Assembly: GCA_951406725.2 (NCBI GenBank)
Contig: OX597820.1
Span: 27,466,001-27,530,000 of the forward strand
Reading direction: 5' to 3'
DNA length: 64,000 bases
From: Octopus vulgaris
Taxonomy: Eukaryota
The position numbers were made by a program, and so were the translations under genes. Below, piece after piece: positions 63,878 to 64,000 of the stretch; the first letter of the stretch is position 1; the number at the start of each line of letters is the position of its first letter. The notes beneath the pieces were generated by a model. It saw only the letters and a list, made by a program, of their open reading frames with translations, searched no databases and had not been told where the DNA came from.

Positions 63878-64000
63878 CTAAATCCACAAGTTTTTTTCTA
63901 AATCTTTGTTTATTTTCTCTTATATTTTCTGTTGAAGAGCGTAGGCTCGAAATATAAAACACTTTCTCACTTTCCCGAGCGTCAAACTAATACGCCTTCT
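63876..64000 (+). mobile_element. Penelope-like terminal fragment with hammerhead-like motif (63926-63959)
   Basis: ttt-CTGTTGA-a-gagc(gtag)gctc-GAAA-ta-TA-aaa; homologous to 3677-3860; abuts (TA)n. Confidence 0.55.

Overview
AT-rich, repeat-saturated animal (non-vertebrate) genomic DNA. The SINE families and microsatellite load look like an octopus genome; this is inferred from recognising the repeats, not from a search. I see no convincing host protein-coding gene, and almost all listed short ORFs are microsatellite or SINE artefacts. The only long ORF (7695-10826, minus) is the APE-endonuclease/reverse-transcriptase ORF2 of an apparently full-length CR1-group LINE (about 7612-12250). Reading through two in-frame stops reconstructs a 409-codon ORF1 (Myb/SANT-like, poly-Q, two CCCH fingers). 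ORF2 has no usable ATG and opens in the -1 frame just before an in-phase U UUU UUA slippery heptamer, suggesting programmed -1 frameshifting. Penelope-like terminal fragments carry minimal hammerhead-ribozyme motifs whose core 3:8 pair covaries (C:G, U:A, A:U), and some lie inside long fold-back hairpins. Other content: modular tRNA-derived SINEs with swapped 3' tails, R4/Dong and Tx1 fragments in specific microsatellites, a non-coding AAT-embedded retroposon, Tc1/mariner relics and MITEs, and a solo LTR. Coordinates were counted by hand, so edges of degenerate elements are approximate.
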